Positions 37,601-47,901 of a stretch of DNA of 64,000 nt are shown one piece after another (position 1 is the first letter of the stretch; each line of letters begins with the position of its first letter). Location: positions 44,872-108,871 of the IMG/VR virus record IMGVR_UViG_2788500220_000013. One strand, 5' to 3'. The stretch is from a virus (taxonomy: Duplodnaviria > Caudoviricetes). The position numbers and the translations under genes were made by a program. The notes under the pieces are model-generated. The model saw nothing but the letters and a program-made list of their open reading frames with translations, did no database searches and was not told the DNA's origin.

Positions 37601-40600
37601 ACCAGTGGCAGGAAATGAAGCAACTCCTGGATGGGTTATTAGTAGTTCCGGATTACAAATATCTCCGGAGATGATGGCTGTGGCGCCGAAGACACAACCT
37701 GTATACCCTATTTCGGCAAAAGCTTTTAACTGGCCAGTATCAAGGTCATCCAAGACTAGCTTTGTCTTTGCATTTGCAAATTCACTCCATTGAGTAGAAT
37801 CTAAGGTCGTTCCGTACGTAGGATTTAAAACATTTGGTAAATACCTGATCCTATCCGGCATTTCGAATGAACTGTCTCCCGGGCCGGGGATCATGAATAC
37901 TTCAGCAGATGCGTCACAAATCACACTGGCGCAATCAACACCGAGGTCCTCGCCGACGGTATCATTCAAGTAGCAGTGTACATAACCAGCGTTATTCAGC
38001 CATAAGCTGTCTGGATCTGCACCAGGGACACTGGCTGCATGCTGATCATGAGTCCACCTTATTGGGCGGTGTGATCCAGTCACTGGCCAGTTTCCTGCAG
38101 TTGCTATAGGCCCAGGCCCGATGCCTTGATCAATGCTATTTGAATTTGCAAATGGGCCCTTGTCGATTTTAAATGCGTACACACTCCAGTCACCCATTGC
38201 AGATGTTGACCCTACATCATTCCACCCTATTGGATTAGGTTTGAGATTTGAATTTAAAAAGCCTGTTGACCCAACTTGGTCCATAAGAAAATCATCCAGC
38301 CACTCTGCAGAAGTTACCCGTTCACGTGGGCCCTGGAGAACGCCGTCAAACCTTACATTAAAATCTCCAGTTCTATAGTTAACAGCTCCTCCAAGAACTG
38401 CATCGCTAGTTGATGTTACAAGGCCGGAGCCACCAGACAAGTCAAACGAACCATCATGAGCAACAAGATCAACACCGCCACAAATACCGCACTCTGAGGA
38501 CCCTGCACCGCCTTCAGCAGATATTCTGCTTTCATCTAGATATTCTAGCGAGGCTAAGCTAGGATATAGACTTGTAATCGGCCGATATGGTAGTGTCCAC
38601 TGGGCGCCGGCGGGTTTGGTGGCGAAAAGATTTTTCCCTTGATCTGTAAATGACCCGGTAGTTCCTTCAAAAAGTAATCTTGAAGACGTACAGTCTGGAT
38701 CCGACTCAGGAGCTAATACACCAACCGGATCCCCAAGTGCATTCACCTGGGAAGGGGCTATGGTTGCAGTTTTGTTCAAGTCGGGGGCAGTTATATATAC
38801 ACAATTTCTTGTTACATTGGAGTCAAGGCCGGTTTGTATATTATAATCGTGGAAAAATAATTCTGTAACTGATGGATAGGGGCCTATTTCTTGCATGTCG
38901 CCGGCAACAATATCATCTAGGTAATTCTCAGCATGGTATCCTAAATTATCGACATCAAATTGATCAACTACAGGAGTAGAATATTGTAATGCCTCATGAA
39001 CTGCGTCCGTAGTTAATGGCTGGTTTAGTGAGTCATGTTTCTCTCTTTTGTCACTAACCAATGAACCATACAACGTTATTTTAATCTTCGAGGGATTGTT
39101 CGGGGTGGCGCCTGGGGCCAGGATCATATGAGGCCCGGTATTATACATATCGGCAGATCTAGCAAACATATAAGGACAAGCAGCCTGAAACCCGAATACT
39201 AGTTTGTCACCTGGTAACAAGACATATGGGCTGTGTGGACGAAGTCTTTGTGAGGTTTTTGTTTCTATAAGACCTGTTGAAGCACTGTCATTAAATGATG
39301 ACATCACCGTTCCCATATCCATTGTGCTGGATATAGGAGTAGTTCCAGGAGTAGCAGCATTAAATGCTCTTGCAGTTGATAGTTCATTCTCTAAGCCAGT
39401 TCTTACTCCAGTATGACTTGTCTGGAATGCCACTATACCAGTAACTGGGTCATTAAGCACCGGTTTTGTCCCTATTGCATATGCATGGCCATCCTGGAAT
39501 CGGCCCGGGCGTTGGCATATACCTTTTATAAAATGACGGCCAGCGACCATCATCTGGTCATCCCCGGTAGTCAGTGGGTCGCCACTTATATCTGATCCTG
39601 AAACTACTAGTTCTCTCTTAAGGCCTGTTTCTAATATATCATGTATATTATTAACTGAGTCTGGAATATCTGCATATCCTGTAACTTGGCCATAGGTTAC
39701 CAACTCTCGAATAGTATCAACGTATTCAGTAGTATAATCATAACATGAAAGTGTTATAAAGTCATAATCATAATATTCAAGTAATGTTGGGGGATTAAAC
39801 TCTTTTGAACTAGCGGATGGATCAAACACCATATTCATAGGAACGGTGCCTGTATTTCCAGCTGGATCTTGACAGATGGTCTCAATCCAGTCTTTAATTT
39901 CTTCTAGTGTAGGATATCCCACTAGGGCGCCATTATTATCAAGATTAGTAACCTGGATTGTAAGGGTTGTACCCCCACTAATATCTGGGGCCCAATTGCC
40001 ATCAATCTGTAGTGATCCACCTACTACTGGCATTGTCGTAAAGATAATGTTCCATGGGCCTGGAAAGGAAGAAGGTGCAGTATCAGGATAATCAGCACAG
40101 TCTACATCAATGGCTTCAAATGTTATAATGTCTGATGTTGATGTTGCTTCGTATGTTGTGTCTGGAACGCCGGACCCATCTTCAATTCCCACTCTGGCGA
40201 AATCAGGAATTTGACCAGATAGATTAATGACATCGCCATCTTCCCATGACGGATCATTTGGATTGGCACCCCCATCGGGAATATCAAGACCATAAACCTT
40301 GGTCTTAAATGAATAATCACCAGCCCAAGGTCTTTGATTTAAAATAAAGAAGTTATTAATAACGGCCTTATTATTCTTATACGTGTCGGTCTCGTTTGAT
40401 ATATTACCAGCAGCGTCGACGGAATACATCACTGCGCGAGGATCGACGTCATCGCCTTCATACCATTCACTATCAAACTCTATTGTAAATTTCTCAAGTA
40501 AGAATGGTTTATTAATGACGGACGACATCTTAAACGTCTTACCATCTTGGGCTGCAAACTTAGGATGTGCGGGAAACCCAAAGTTAGATATTGGGCGGGA

Positions 40601-41743
40601 TGACATCAATGAACCTGACTCTAATAATTCAAGGCCGCGTGAGAACCCAATACAACCGTCCCTCATAAAGTCTTCGCAATATGCCTTGTCATCTGCCCAG
40701 CCTCCGGCTGGTCCGGATGCACCATCAATATTAATACCGGTACCTTGTTTTTCCCATTGATTGGTCTCAAAGTTATAATAGACCATATTATGGAAACGAA
40801 TACCTGGATTACTTCCATCTGCTGTAGAATCATCAAGGCCGAAAGACGTTTCATTTTGACAATCCATCTCAATAACAATTTGTGTTTTGCTTTTAAGGGG
40901 ACCTGAAAATCCTTCTAGATCTTTCTTGCTTACACCTTCATCAAAAAACTCATCATCATTTGAAAGCTTTAATAGGCTATCATCGAAAGCACCAAGATTT
41001 TCGCCTGGGGTAAATGTAAGTTCAACGTCTGCAATACCTTTTGGTGTTATTGCAACTGAGGTAAGATCCGATGGTAGGCTCGGTGATGCTATTCTATGAT
41101 CAGTCCAGCTGGAATCTTCATGTAGCTTAGTTGGGTATCTTACAATATGGCCTGGTGATGGACTGACGAACGAACCGGTTATAGAAAATGCATCACCGGG
41201 AAGAAAACTTTGTGAATTTGATATCTCTAAATTCGTATTAGATGTTGCCGTTATCTCAGTAGAATATTCACCCGGTATTGAGTGCCTTAGTTCAATTCTA
41301 TCTTTTTTTGCATATGCATGGATCTTTAAGCTAGATGAACTTATTTCTCGAGCAAATTCAGCATGAATAGATGATAAGTCAGGACAATCTCTAATGTCGA
41401 CAACTATATTTCCCAGCTCAGATATTATGCCCCGTTGTGTTTCAAACGTTTCACTGTTGCCAAGGGAGTCAGTTAGTACTATTGTTGATGCATCACTTGG
41501 ACGTTTGGTAAACTTTATCCATCCCGTTGAATAAGAACTATTAAAGATTATAGCACTAGTATCATCATATGTACTCTTGTGGGTCCCTAGTCTCCCAGAT
41601 GGATTAGTCCTCATTACTGTGGGATAAGAGCCTGTAGCCGAATCCCAGGCCCGGAGGATGGTACGTGGTGGGTTATTTAAAACTCCGCTCCCAGTTACAT
41701 ACCCCCTAGAAGGACCACTACCTGTTAGATATATTTTAGGCAT
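34658..41743 (-). CDS. Giant (2361 aa) virion structural protein, probably baseplate/fibre
   Basis: G/S/T/D/P-rich and beta-rich; contains inserted alpha/beta modules; lies in the baseplate operon. Confidence 0.7.
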   Translation of the reverse strand: MPKIYLTGSGPSRGYVTGSGVLNNPPRTILRAWDSATGSYPTVMRTNPSGRLGTHKSTYDDTSAIIFNSSYSTGWIKFTKRPSDASTIVLTDSLGNSETFETQRGIISELGNIVVDIRDCPDLSSIHAEFAREISSSSLKIHAYAKKDRIELRHSIPGEYSTEITATSNTNLEISNSQSFLPGDAFSITGSFVSPSPGHIVRYPTKLHEDSSWTDHRIASPSLPSDLTSVAITPKGIADVELTFTPGENLGAFDDSLLKLSNDDEFFDEGVSKKDLEGFSGPLKSKTQIVIEMDCQNETSFGLDDSTADGSNPGIRFHNMVYYNFETNQWEKQGTGINIDGASGPAGGWADDKAYCEDFMRDGCIGFSRGLELLESGSLMSSRPISNFGFPAHPKFAAQDGKTFKMSSVINKPFLLEKFTIEFDSEWYEGDDVDPRAVMYSVDAAGNISNETDTYKNNKAVINNFFILNQRPWAGDYSFKTKVYGLDIPDGGANPNDPSWEDGDVINLSGQIPDFARVGIEDGSGVPDTTYEATSTSDIITFEAIDVDCADYPDTAPSSFPGPWNIIFTTMPVVGGSLQIDGNWAPDISGGTTLTIQVTNLDNNGALVGYPTLEEIKDWIETICQDPAGNTGTVPMNMVFDPSASSKEFNPPTLLEYYDYDFITLSCYDYTTEYVDTIRELVTYGQVTGYADIPDSVNNIHDILETGLKRELVVSGSDISGDPLTTGDDQMMVAGRHFIKGICQRPGRFQDGHAYAIGTKPVLNDPVTGIVAFQTSHTGVRTGLENELSTARAFNAATPGTTPISSTMDMGTVMSSFNDSASTGLIETKTSQRLRPHSPYVLLPGDKLVFGFQAACPYMFARSADMYNTGPHMILAPGATPNNPSKIKITLYGSLVSDKREKHDSLNQPLTTDAVHEALQYSTPVVDQFDVDNLGYHAENYLDDIVAGDMQEIGPYPSVTELFFHDYNIQTGLDSNVTRNCVYITAPDLNKTATIAPSQVNALGDPVGVLAPESDPDCTSSRLLFEGTTGSFTDQGKNLFATKPAGAQWTLPYRPITSLYPSLASLEYLDESRISAEGGAGSSECGICGGVDLVAHDGSFDLSGGSGLVTSTSDAVLGGAVNYRTGDFNVRFDGVLQGPRERVTSAEWLDDFLMDQVGSTGFLNSNLKPNPIGWNDVGSTSAMGDWSVYAFKIDKGPFANSNSIDQGIGPGPIATAGNWPVTGSHRPIRWTHDQHAASVPGADPDSLWLNNAGYVHCYLNDTVGEDLGVDCASVICDASAEVFMIPGPGDSSFEMPDRIRYLPNVLNPTYGTTLDSTQWSEFANAKTKLVLDDLDTGQLKAFAEIGYTGCVFGATAIISGDICNPELLITHPGVASFPATGQDFNGFGTLYNPFDPASTYYAESVGSFWNLGTRRIRVPLAAGCVTSPPISPGATLSTFFSGPQVTTWSREQQTKTIFYSLLAYQQTVAAAVASATSTAAANDLCTWFIPYDFKIINSTNDGLLDTIVFESWFAGDAGNVDPLFLATNFNNTSYQWSRSFRGTANDGSINYNEYTKCSSDWPGHATYFSSTEDNNGFTTSFIGGRDPYYVEVLDNFDHHFAPTKCIDYVDIVVRPSPDPEAVYYGDHNKNEYWDGTSLSDPALNNFTFRIYFNDFTNNYMSYIEDPALPPTTGGGGSGIIMADTGGTNAPNYDGGIHVTKHTWNSDNESVNTYSTMWDDTPLTANQLSKLVYTVLSNPQTRIRTENSADPYTPGATGWKQLGDIFAWHRLSFKSTGGQIKIFDEAGVLGDLSTDIEITAAYDSQTLSGHGLSDLITSKQLDPGDEYVQGITYFDRTRRVRYRASGSGFLPGLPGENIDIPYPGTQGSFSRNVKHISDSDRFYDTVTPSPSNYHKRNNKELMNFFGTHLAVGQPNPADNGPVVPEQTRITCGPESSILDGHSTLNDGYETSLEGCWFTIYDGDNRAYNIWYDIEGRGSIGIPPPAPSQPDGTLVKIEDITQGANKYEVAEKTAAAINALDEFIVEYEPGLEGSDSFLIRNTSTGAATDVTFPGVEGHLSLPDAALPPGYSPGPYIEFSPQFIQYGAPGGAGASEDGTGPQTDGGQVVNNTSTPWKAETLVQGISSYHTSMKDVVDDGWLGAYPFEKRYSGMLRTVFSEDETDWKSTPQLSLSNAPTGIYGSSDESLKFTTMFVTGSRTGLMPNPWGPSGPNYGAQGFISDTDGNIMFGDTQELDNNIYKFYFGSGNGWVHSPILSQSATWRYIPEIRGWKYGLISALPLNSNAVFRSDTFGQYRDMIEQRLDARLFITTGKSKNPVTAAPVTCKFINPAGDLLDPILTQAQNISSVFTSSLPYFDDGIPRNR

Positions 41744-42792
41744 TACTTAAGTAACCCCCCGAATGCTAGTGAATCAGTCCCAAGTTCATTGTTATTATAA
41801 GTAAAACCAGCACCTGATGATTTGTGGTCTCTGGCCAATAGGCTGTCAACGGACGATGGATGTGTAGAAGCAGTTGCACCGGAAACACGAGTAAACTCTG
41901 ATTGTGCCATGTCTAACAATGCTTGTTGCATTCCTCCGGGGTCATGAGCAACGGAGTCTGATACCTGAATTTTTTCATGAATCTCTTCCCAATCTGTTGA
42001 CTCAATAAATGGGCTTATGGATGCATCATTTAATGTTAGGTAACCTGGATGTACTGGACCGGTTTTTTCTTCACCATTTTGATATAACAGCTTTGCACCA
42101 AAATTTTCTATGCCATCCTCATACCAGTCAAATGATGTGTCCTTCATATCAATCATCTGCACAATTCTATTTGCCCGAAGACGTGAACACTCGCCGGCAT
42201 CGGAAACTAATAAACCTCTAATGTCATGACCAAAAAAAGGATTTTCAGGATTTTGGCGAGAAGCGCGTGACCTTACTGTAAGCGGTTCAATTACACCGTC
42301 AAACTGATCTGGGTCAGTCATCGATGCATTCCATAAAATCAGCGGATACATTAATGTGTTATTGTCATCTAAAAGAAAGTGAACAGGATGAAATTTCTTC
42401 ATATCCTCATAAGGTTCATCATCCTTAAAGAATTTTGGCTGGCCAAAGTCTCGACGCTCAACCTCATGATTAGGAACCAAGACAATTTGTTGACCAGCGT
42501 CGGTGAGCGGTGATGTTGTACTACCGCTAACCCATGTGCCGTCCACATCTACAAACCCCTTATCATTTGATAGGGGGTTAATCATTTTAAGAGTAGGAGT
42601 AACCAATGAATCATCGAAGCATACTTCTTCTACACAATGAGAACCTTTCATAACCCTTTTAAAGTTTGATCCAGCAGAAAACTTCGGCACCATACCAGTC
42701 ATTAGTTTATCCATTGTATTTACACTTATACCCTGGATGTATGGGATCACACTTTCATTTGAGCCTGAAATGGGCGTCATTGTAGATGCCAT
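41743..42792 (-). CDS. Hypothetical virion protein
   Basis: 349 aa, abutting or overlapping baseplate genes on both sides. Confidence 0.7.
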   Translation of the reverse strand: MASTMTPISGSNESVIPYIQGISVNTMDKLMTGMVPKFSAGSNFKRVMKGSHCVEEVCFDDSLVTPTLKMINPLSNDKGFVDVDGTWVSGSTTSPLTDAGQQIVLVPNHEVERRDFGQPKFFKDDEPYEDMKKFHPVHFLLDDNNTLMYPLILWNASMTDPDQFDGVIEPLTVRSRASRQNPENPFFGHDIRGLLVSDAGECSRLRANRIVQMIDMKDTSFDWYEDGIENFGAKLLYQNGEEKTGPVHPGYLTLNDASISPFIESTDWEEIHEKIQVSDSVAHDPGGMQQALLDMAQSEFTRVSGATASTHPSSVDSLLARDHKSSGAGFTYNNNELGTDSLAFGGLLK

Positions 42793-45700
42793 TTAGTATC
42801 TCCCCATTTTTGCAATATATTGTTGCAATGTAATTGTCCCTTTAAGGCCATGGCGATTATTCTCACCCAAATATACATCTTCGTATGAATATTTAAACTT
42901 TGCTCTTTCTAACATGTGTGACTCAATTATAAAGTTCATTCCTAAAAACTTGGTTTTCTTAGGTATTAAATCTTCAATTATTAGACCGATTGAATTATCA
43001 AACCACTTAAAAAACTCAAAGAATGACGTAATATTAATTTTATCAGTAAGCCTATTAAAATAAACTTCTCTAAGATTTTTAAGATCTGGATATTCTGTTG
43101 CAAATAATAGCTCAGGGGCACCAAGAATATTATCTAAAGAATCTAGAGTTGAAAAAATCTTAATAATATCCTCATTTAATGCTTGCACTGACGACATGTC
43201 TATTGCAAATCGTGTATCATCTTGAGGGCGCTCAGATGGAAGAATCTCATAAACTGGGGCAACTTCGGCACCAAACTCAGTTACATTATCAAAATTTAGA
43301 AAACTTCGTATACGAACTTTATTTGTAACTGAGTGTTCATCAAACTTCGGATCCAACATACCTTTATAGATCCTTTCAGGCTTAATAATTCTTGTTTCTG
43401 GCTCAAATCCAGTAGCTAATATATGAAACCCAGATTGGCTATAATCAAATATGTCTAAGTTACCTATATTATCCGTGGTATGGTGTGCCTGGTGGGCGGA
43501 AACATCTAATCGCAGCTTTTCGAAAGATCCTGTTGGCGTTATGGTAAAATTAAAATTTGTTAAAGGGTCTTCGACACCAAGGGAAGCATAATTCCTTATA
43601 TGCTCAGTGATATCAACAGTACTTAAAGCCTTAGACCAAAACCTAATTTGTGCAACTTGACCAGCAAATTGTGTAGTCCTTGATGCATCATCTGCAATTG
43701 GATTAAGTCCCCAGTACGCGGATGCTACCGTATCATCAATCTGCTGGTTGCCTATTACAATACATGACCCAGATGCATTTAGTGCAGGATCTATCACTGA
43801 CCATCTATTATCACGACTGGGGTCAATAGTCTCTTTGAATAAAGATGATGTAGTCTTATGTTCAATAATATCACCATAATTTTGCCTTGCAGCAGATAGA
43901 TAATACGAAGAACTTACATATGAATTGATAGAGTCATTTCGGCTTCTACCGAAGCATATATGCCATATATTTCCATCAAATATATCAATATCTGAAATTG
44001 TTAATTGTAAATAGTCATCTGCAGGGTCTAGTCCGGGCCGGGAATAAAGATCAAGCGTCTTAGCATCAGGGTCAGCAACAAGGTTTGTAATAACTGCAGG
44101 AACTATTTCATCAGATCCTGTTGCATGCAACCTAACTAAACTTTGAGGTTGAAGAGAAGGTGTTTTTATAGGGTCAAACTTATAGATTGCCTCATATGAC
44201 CAAGAACCTGATGTAAATAGACCATCATTAGGATCTGTTGATATTCCATGCAACCCATATGGGCCACCGTCTGGGCCTGTTGATGCGTCAATAAAGGTCC
44301 CGGCCGGGGGTGGATAACCTACTTCAGTACGTGAGCCAGATAAAAATGGAGACATAAAGAACGGCTGATTCAATGGAATACCCTGGGTATCAACTGGCAT
44401 ACTAGTATTGGGGGCTATAGATCCTGAAAAATCTGTCATAGCTGTAACTTCAGAAACAGCCTTCCTAATATCTGATAGGTCTTTTGTCTTAGACCCTCCA
44501 TACTCTCTAAATCTAAAATATTTATCTGGGTTAACCCCCATCGAACGCATTAGCACCTTAAGGCTATGTACAGTACCTTTTGATCGAATAATCTCATTTA
44601 CATTTGTCAATATTCGGCGCCACAGCTGGTTTTGTACATATTGTAAAGTATGCTCGCTTATTGACAGATCCGGACCAAGATTTAATCCCTCGAATAACTG
44701 TTCTATAGAGGCACCCTCAAATGGAGAGGGTAGCTCAATTCCATGATGTTCAGCTAACATTGGTAAGAATTGATCTGCTACAACATCTGTCCCCGTGTAA
44801 TCAACATGCAAAAGATTTGAAATATGATCTAGAAACATTTTTGTTTCATCAAAAAATCTTGCCCAGGTAAAGAGAAGTGAAGCTAACAGTTGCGCTGAAC
44901 CAAGTTTACCATAGCCAGGCACCGCATCAGTACCTGAATAACTGTAGTCGTCTCCTACATCTCCAAACTCAGTATCAAACCCTTCTGCCAATTGAGACTC
45001 GAGTAGATAATGCTTTGGAACTAGTTTGGTAATTAAGTTTGGATTATTCGAATCATAGTTAATTGCAGAAGCCAATAACTCCTTGTTTAATGTTATGACA
45101 TCAGAATGCGAAGGAAATAAATTCGGTGAATATACAGAAGATTCTAGTACCAAAGGTGTCTGTACTACATCACCGTTAGTATCAATAATTTTTGTTGGAT
45201 CCCTATTATCAATATGATAATTTGTAATACGAGCATGTAATGAGTTTCCAGAACTATCTAATACTACGTCATTTGAAACAAAATCGCCAGAGGGTTCATT
45301 AAATTTGAAGTACGTCTTTAAGTCGCCACTAAAATTTGAAAATACTGTTCTATCTAGGTATTTTTTAAGTTGACCAGTACTACGAACTGAGTGCCAAGCC
45401 CTGAATTCGTCAATAGAACCTGATAGTGTTTGTAAGGGCGTAATAGTATCATGGATTGATCCAGTGCCAATAGTTAATGGTGCCGTTACAAATTCCGGAG
45501 ATAATTTACCCATTTGTAAACTATTTGATGTGCTAGCCAGTTCTGCATTTTGAAACAGTTTTAGATTATGTTCTCCAGAACTACGATCTAGCGTACCACA
45601 AATATGAACAAACTCCCCCTTAGGAATTTCCATATCTGTCTCTATAGAATTTGACCCAGATGCTGCCAACATTTTTACTTCGACTGTTGTACTTGCAGCT

Positions 45701-46353
45701 AGGGAAGGCATTAAGGCGATAGTCAGGCCATCAGCAACAGGGATATCTGAACCATCTATTTTTTGAACTAATATCTGCGTTTCAGTATCGGTACCTTGAT
45801 CTGGGACTAATAAATGCATCTCAAAAGATATAGACTTATTTGCCATAGGGTCTAGTACCGACTCGCCGGTATTGATCTTAGATAATGATGGGAAAAGTGC
45901 ACCAGCATGATCAATGACAGATATATGTGACCCGAGATTCTCATCATAACCGAAGGCGGGGGTTTCGTCAACAACAGTACCAGAAAAATGAAGAAATCCA
46001 ACATTTTTTGGAAATCTATCATAAACATGTTTTTCAAATCCTGTTAGCTCATCAAAAAATGTTTCTAGCTCGTCCTTTGTGCCATCGAATGGATAACCAT
46101 TAATGATAACATCAAATGCTGTATTCGTCTTAGCTTCTGCTGAATTAAAGAATGTATGATTCTCAAACTGTGACCAATCAACTGGCAACTGTTGTGTTGA
46201 TTTGAGCCCGGACCCAGGCGGATCAAATCTAAATGAATTCTCAGCGCCGATAGTCGTGCCTGATAAATGTGACGCAGCGATGGGGCTAGTCTGTACAGAT
46301 TTATGAGTAAGCTTACGAACAAATGAAGGCTTAAATAATCTATTTGATGCCAT
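42793..46353 (-). CDS. Baseplate wedge-like protein with two LamG-like domains
   Basis: 'FVHICG...LSGSIDEFRAWH...YFKFNE' and 'WHICF...QIRFWSKAL'; 'IIRSKGTVHSLKVLMRSMG' resembles gp7/tail-I type wedge motifs. Confidence 0.7.
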   Translation of the reverse strand: MASNRLFKPSFVRKLTHKSVQTSPIAASHLSGTTIGAENSFRFDPPGSGLKSTQQLPVDWSQFENHTFFNSAEAKTNTAFDVIINGYPFDGTKDELETFFDELTGFEKHVYDRFPKNVGFLHFSGTVVDETPAFGYDENLGSHISVIDHAGALFPSLSKINTGESVLDPMANKSISFEMHLLVPDQGTDTETQILVQKIDGSDIPVADGLTIALMPSLAASTTVEVKMLAASGSNSIETDMEIPKGEFVHICGTLDRSSGEHNLKLFQNAELASTSNSLQMGKLSPEFVTAPLTIGTGSIHDTITPLQTLSGSIDEFRAWHSVRSTGQLKKYLDRTVFSNFSGDLKTYFKFNEPSGDFVSNDVVLDSSGNSLHARITNYHIDNRDPTKIIDTNGDVVQTPLVLESSVYSPNLFPSHSDVITLNKELLASAINYDSNNPNLITKLVPKHYLLESQLAEGFDTEFGDVGDDYSYSGTDAVPGYGKLGSAQLLASLLFTWARFFDETKMFLDHISNLLHVDYTGTDVVADQFLPMLAEHHGIELPSPFEGASIEQLFEGLNLGPDLSISEHTLQYVQNQLWRRILTNVNEIIRSKGTVHSLKVLMRSMGVNPDKYFRFREYGGSKTKDLSDIRKAVSEVTAMTDFSGSIAPNTSMPVDTQGIPLNQPFFMSPFLSGSRTEVGYPPPAGTFIDASTGPDGGPYGLHGISTDPNDGLFTSGSWSYEAIYKFDPIKTPSLQPQSLVRLHATGSDEIVPAVITNLVADPDAKTLDLYSRPGLDPADDYLQLTISDIDIFDGNIWHICFGRSRNDSINSYVSSSYYLSAARQNYGDIIEHKTTSSLFKETIDPSRDNRWSVIDPALNASGSCIVIGNQQIDDTVASAYWGLNPIADDASRTTQFAGQVAQIRFWSKALSTVDITEHIRNYASLGVEDPLTNFNFTITPTGSFEKLRLDVSAHQAHHTTDNIGNLDIFDYSQSGFHILATGFEPETRIIKPERIYKGMLDPKFDEHSVTNKVRIRSFLNFDNVTEFGAEVAPVYEILPSERPQDDTRFAIDMSSVQALNEDIIKIFSTLDSLDNILGAPELLFATEYPDLKNLREVYFNRLTDKINITSFFEFFKWFDNSIGLIIEDLIPKKTKFLGMNFIIESHMLERAKFKYSYEDVYLGENNRHGLKGTITLQQYIAKMGRY

Positions 46354-46355
46354 TA

Positions 46356-47888
46356 TTACTCCACCCTAAATTGGGCCCCTGAATCTTCTATAATATACTC
46401 TACATCTCTGTCTAACACAAGATAATCTACTGTATATGATCGGCCGGAAGGGAGGGCACTCATATAAAAATCAAAAAACATTCCATCAACATCAGATGAT
46501 ACCCTTGTCCCATTGTTCTCTTGCTTGAATGGTACTATAACATCCCCAGTTAATACATCTTTTATCCTATAATAAACCTCATTTAAAATAATACTATCTA
46601 AACTAACAGGAAGTTTTGTGGCTTTTCTTTCGACCTCTAAATCACGAGCAAACAATCTAAATCTGGTTTTATCAGAGGTGTGATATTTTTCCCTGATATT
46701 TGTTGTAACCAAGTCTAAACGGCGTGAAGATGAAGAAAATGCAGTTCTAAATGGTGATTGTATCTTTAAAGATCCAGTATGATAACATATACTGTTATCA
46801 GTTGACCTCCAATATTCATCAAATGTAATTGATCCGCTAGCCAAAACAAAATCCTGGATCGTGTCTTCAGGATTTACATTAGTAGAATCAGTTGTGTCGA
46901 TTGCGAATGAGGCAGTATATACCCCATCAACAGAATTCTCACCAATCATTAACTGAGATACATCTACTGTTTTTGTAAAAGATCCTGTAACGATATCTAC
47001 CTTCATACATGATGCCCCAGAGAGCCCTAAAGAATTGCCGGCTAGAATATTTGCTCCAGCTCCATAATGATAATTCTTTAAAAATAAAGATCCCGTTAAG
47101 TCAAAATAAAAGTTTTTATGATTATCTTGGTTGCTATTATCCCATGAAACCTCAATGCGGGGCCTGTTTCGTGAAGTACTAACATGGCGTGAGGCAAAGC
47201 GTTTAACAAACCTAGTTTTATTATCTGTTTCTTGAGAACCTGAAAATGATAGCCTGAATCCATGATTGGGAATCAGGCCGGCCATTGAGGCGGAGACAAT
47301 TGTGGTTATATCCAGAACCAGATTTTCTGTTCCATTAACAAAATGTTGAGTTACAAACAGGTCTTGAATACCTGAACCATCATTTAAGTTTCCGGATGAA
47401 ATAATATCAATATCATTTGAGCCCAATAATCCCTGGGCGTTGGCACCAGTGGTATGCCATTCGACAGCAGAAGAATTTGAAATCGATGATGTTACCCAGT
47501 TTGAAACATCTAAGTCATTAAATGATAAAACATCTTTTCCAGAACCTTCATCAAATGATTTTGCTAATGGAAATAATATAATAGTAAAATCTACGGGTAC
47601 TGCCTGGCCTCCCATAATATCAGACATATGTAATTTACACTCGAAAGAATCATCATTTAAGTCTAAAATAGATGATGTTAACTCTTGTAGGCCTTCATAA
47701 TCAAATTTCAATAATATTCTAGATAGTTCCTGTGGCTCTGTCTCTCCATCTATTACTGATTCATCATGTAGTTTAAATAAATCTAACGTACCGGCCATCC
47801 CAACATTTGCATCCGACGTACGAAACTTATTATTCATAATTTTGTTAGTTATATACGTGTCTTTATCTGGGTCTAAAATAAAAAACAT
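46356..47888 (-). CDS. Virion structural protein (DNRLRE-like N-terminal domain)
   Basis: 'KDTYI', 'SRILLKFD', 'NHGFRL', 'RPRIEVSW'; follows gp6. Confidence 0.6.
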   Translation of the reverse strand: MFFILDPDKDTYITNKIMNNKFRTSDANVGMAGTLDLFKLHDESVIDGETEPQELSRILLKFDYEGLQELTSSILDLNDDSFECKLHMSDIMGGQAVPVDFTIILFPLAKSFDEGSGKDVLSFNDLDVSNWVTSSISNSSAVEWHTTGANAQGLLGSNDIDIISSGNLNDGSGIQDLFVTQHFVNGTENLVLDITTIVSASMAGLIPNHGFRLSFSGSQETDNKTRFVKRFASRHVSTSRNRPRIEVSWDNSNQDNHKNFYFDLTGSLFLKNYHYGAGANILAGNSLGLSGASCMKVDIVTGSFTKTVDVSQLMIGENSVDGVYTASFAIDTTDSTNVNPEDTIQDFVLASGSITFDEYWRSTDNSICYHTGSLKIQSPFRTAFSSSSRRLDLVTTNIREKYHTSDKTRFRLFARDLEVERKATKLPVSLDSIILNEVYYRIKDVLTGDVIVPFKQENNGTRVSSDVDGMFFDFYMSALPSGRSYTVDYLVLDRDVEYIIEDSGAQFRVE

Positions 47889-47901
47889 AGACTATAATCT
47901 C

